59,164 nucleotides of DNA from a bacterium (GTDB lineage: Bacteria > Krumholzibacteriota > Krumholzibacteriia > G020349025), in assembly GCA_031362565.1 (NCBI GenBank), contig JANLSU010000020.1, forward strand, positions 1 to 59,164. Reading direction: 5' to 3'. This document shows positions 58,914 to 59,164 of this stretch, one piece after another; within the stretch, counting starts at the first letter, position 1; each line of letters opens with the position of its first letter. The position numbers were made by a program, and so were the translations under genes. Under the pieces are notes generated by a model, which saw nothing but the letters and a program-made list of their open reading frames with translations, was not told the origin of the DNA and ran no database searches.

Positions 58914-59025
58914 AGTTTCACGGGAAACAAGACGGTGAAACAAGAACGGGCGCGGACCAAGCCGGGCTGGAGTTTGGGGGGTGGTCTTCGCCGCGATGTT
59001 TCACAAGAAACAAGACGGTGAAACA
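58914..59025. promoter_or_regulatory. Two degenerate parS-like palindromes inside a ~28-bp direct repeat
   Basis: AGTTTCACGGGAAACA (58914-29) and TGTTTCACAAGAAACA (58997-59012) vs consensus TGTTTCACGTGAAACA; each is followed by AGACGGTGAAACA. Confidence 0.7.
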
Positions 59026-59057
59026 GCGGCTGTCGTGAAAGGGGGGCGGGGTTGTGG

Positions 59058-59164
59058 GGCAGGCGGGTTGGTGAGGCAGGCGGGTTGGTGAGGCAGACGG
59101 GGTTGGTGAGGCAGACGGGGCTGGTGAGGCAGACGGGGTTGGTGAGGCAACCGGGGCTGGTGAG
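59058..59164. repeat. G-rich tandem repeat, six 17-18-bp units, continues past the window end
   Basis: GGCAGGCGGGTTGGTGA x2, then GGCAGACGGGG(T/C)TGGTGA x3, then GGCAACCGGGGCTGGTGA. Confidence 0.92.

Noticed and set aside
11124..58960. Long N-terminal extensions in the ORF track (13403, 20420, 34859, 45148, 56085, 58960)
   Set aside because: They overlap other genes, are Arg/Pro-rich noise, and downstream starts have clear RBSs and signal peptides.
59058..59164. CRISPR array at the window end
   Set aside because: Units are 17-18 bp, head-to-tail, with no spacers.
1..59164. tRNA, rRNA, integrase, transposase or prophage genes
   Set aside because: None recognised by eye in the sequence or in the translated ORFs.

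Overview
High-GC bacterial chromosome segment, probably close to the replication origin: parA-parB with two parS-like sites at the right end and a DnaA-box cluster at ~55.1-55.2 kb. Several secreted proteins end in an FlgD-Ig/T9SS-like C-terminal domain, which suggests an FCB-group candidate phylum (Latescibacterota/Krumholzibacteriota/Eisenbacteria; inference only). Left to right: (i) a >2,660-aa minus-strand surface protein missed by the ORF track because it runs off the window, with ~14 tandem 113-aa Calx-beta-like repeats and a sigma-54-like promoter; (ii) a glgX remnant, S9 peptidase, HAF-repeat protein, two paralogous ~800-aa lipoproteins, three parvulin PPIases and mfd; (iii) a ~20-kb accessory patchwork (26.6-46.6 kb) with many gene remnants, a voltage-gated cation channel (filter TVEGWPD) plus terC behind a structured leader and ending in an attC-like site, a CarH-like B12 photoreceptor with an identifiable operator, a Ca2+/H+ exchanger, and an ECF sigma / zinc-finger anti-sigma / TPR-CHAT protease operon divergent from a dockerin-like and cohesin-like secreted pair; (iv) a LeuA-family synthase, a candidate sRNA, DUF1573-rhodanese-MauE, MoxR-DUF58-BatA, bactofilin, M23 peptidase, parB, parA. 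No rRNA, tRNA, CRISPR array, integrase or transposase was recognised. All family calls come from motifs read by eye, not from database searches; several start codons were re-assigned from the ORF track using RBS and signal-peptide evidence.
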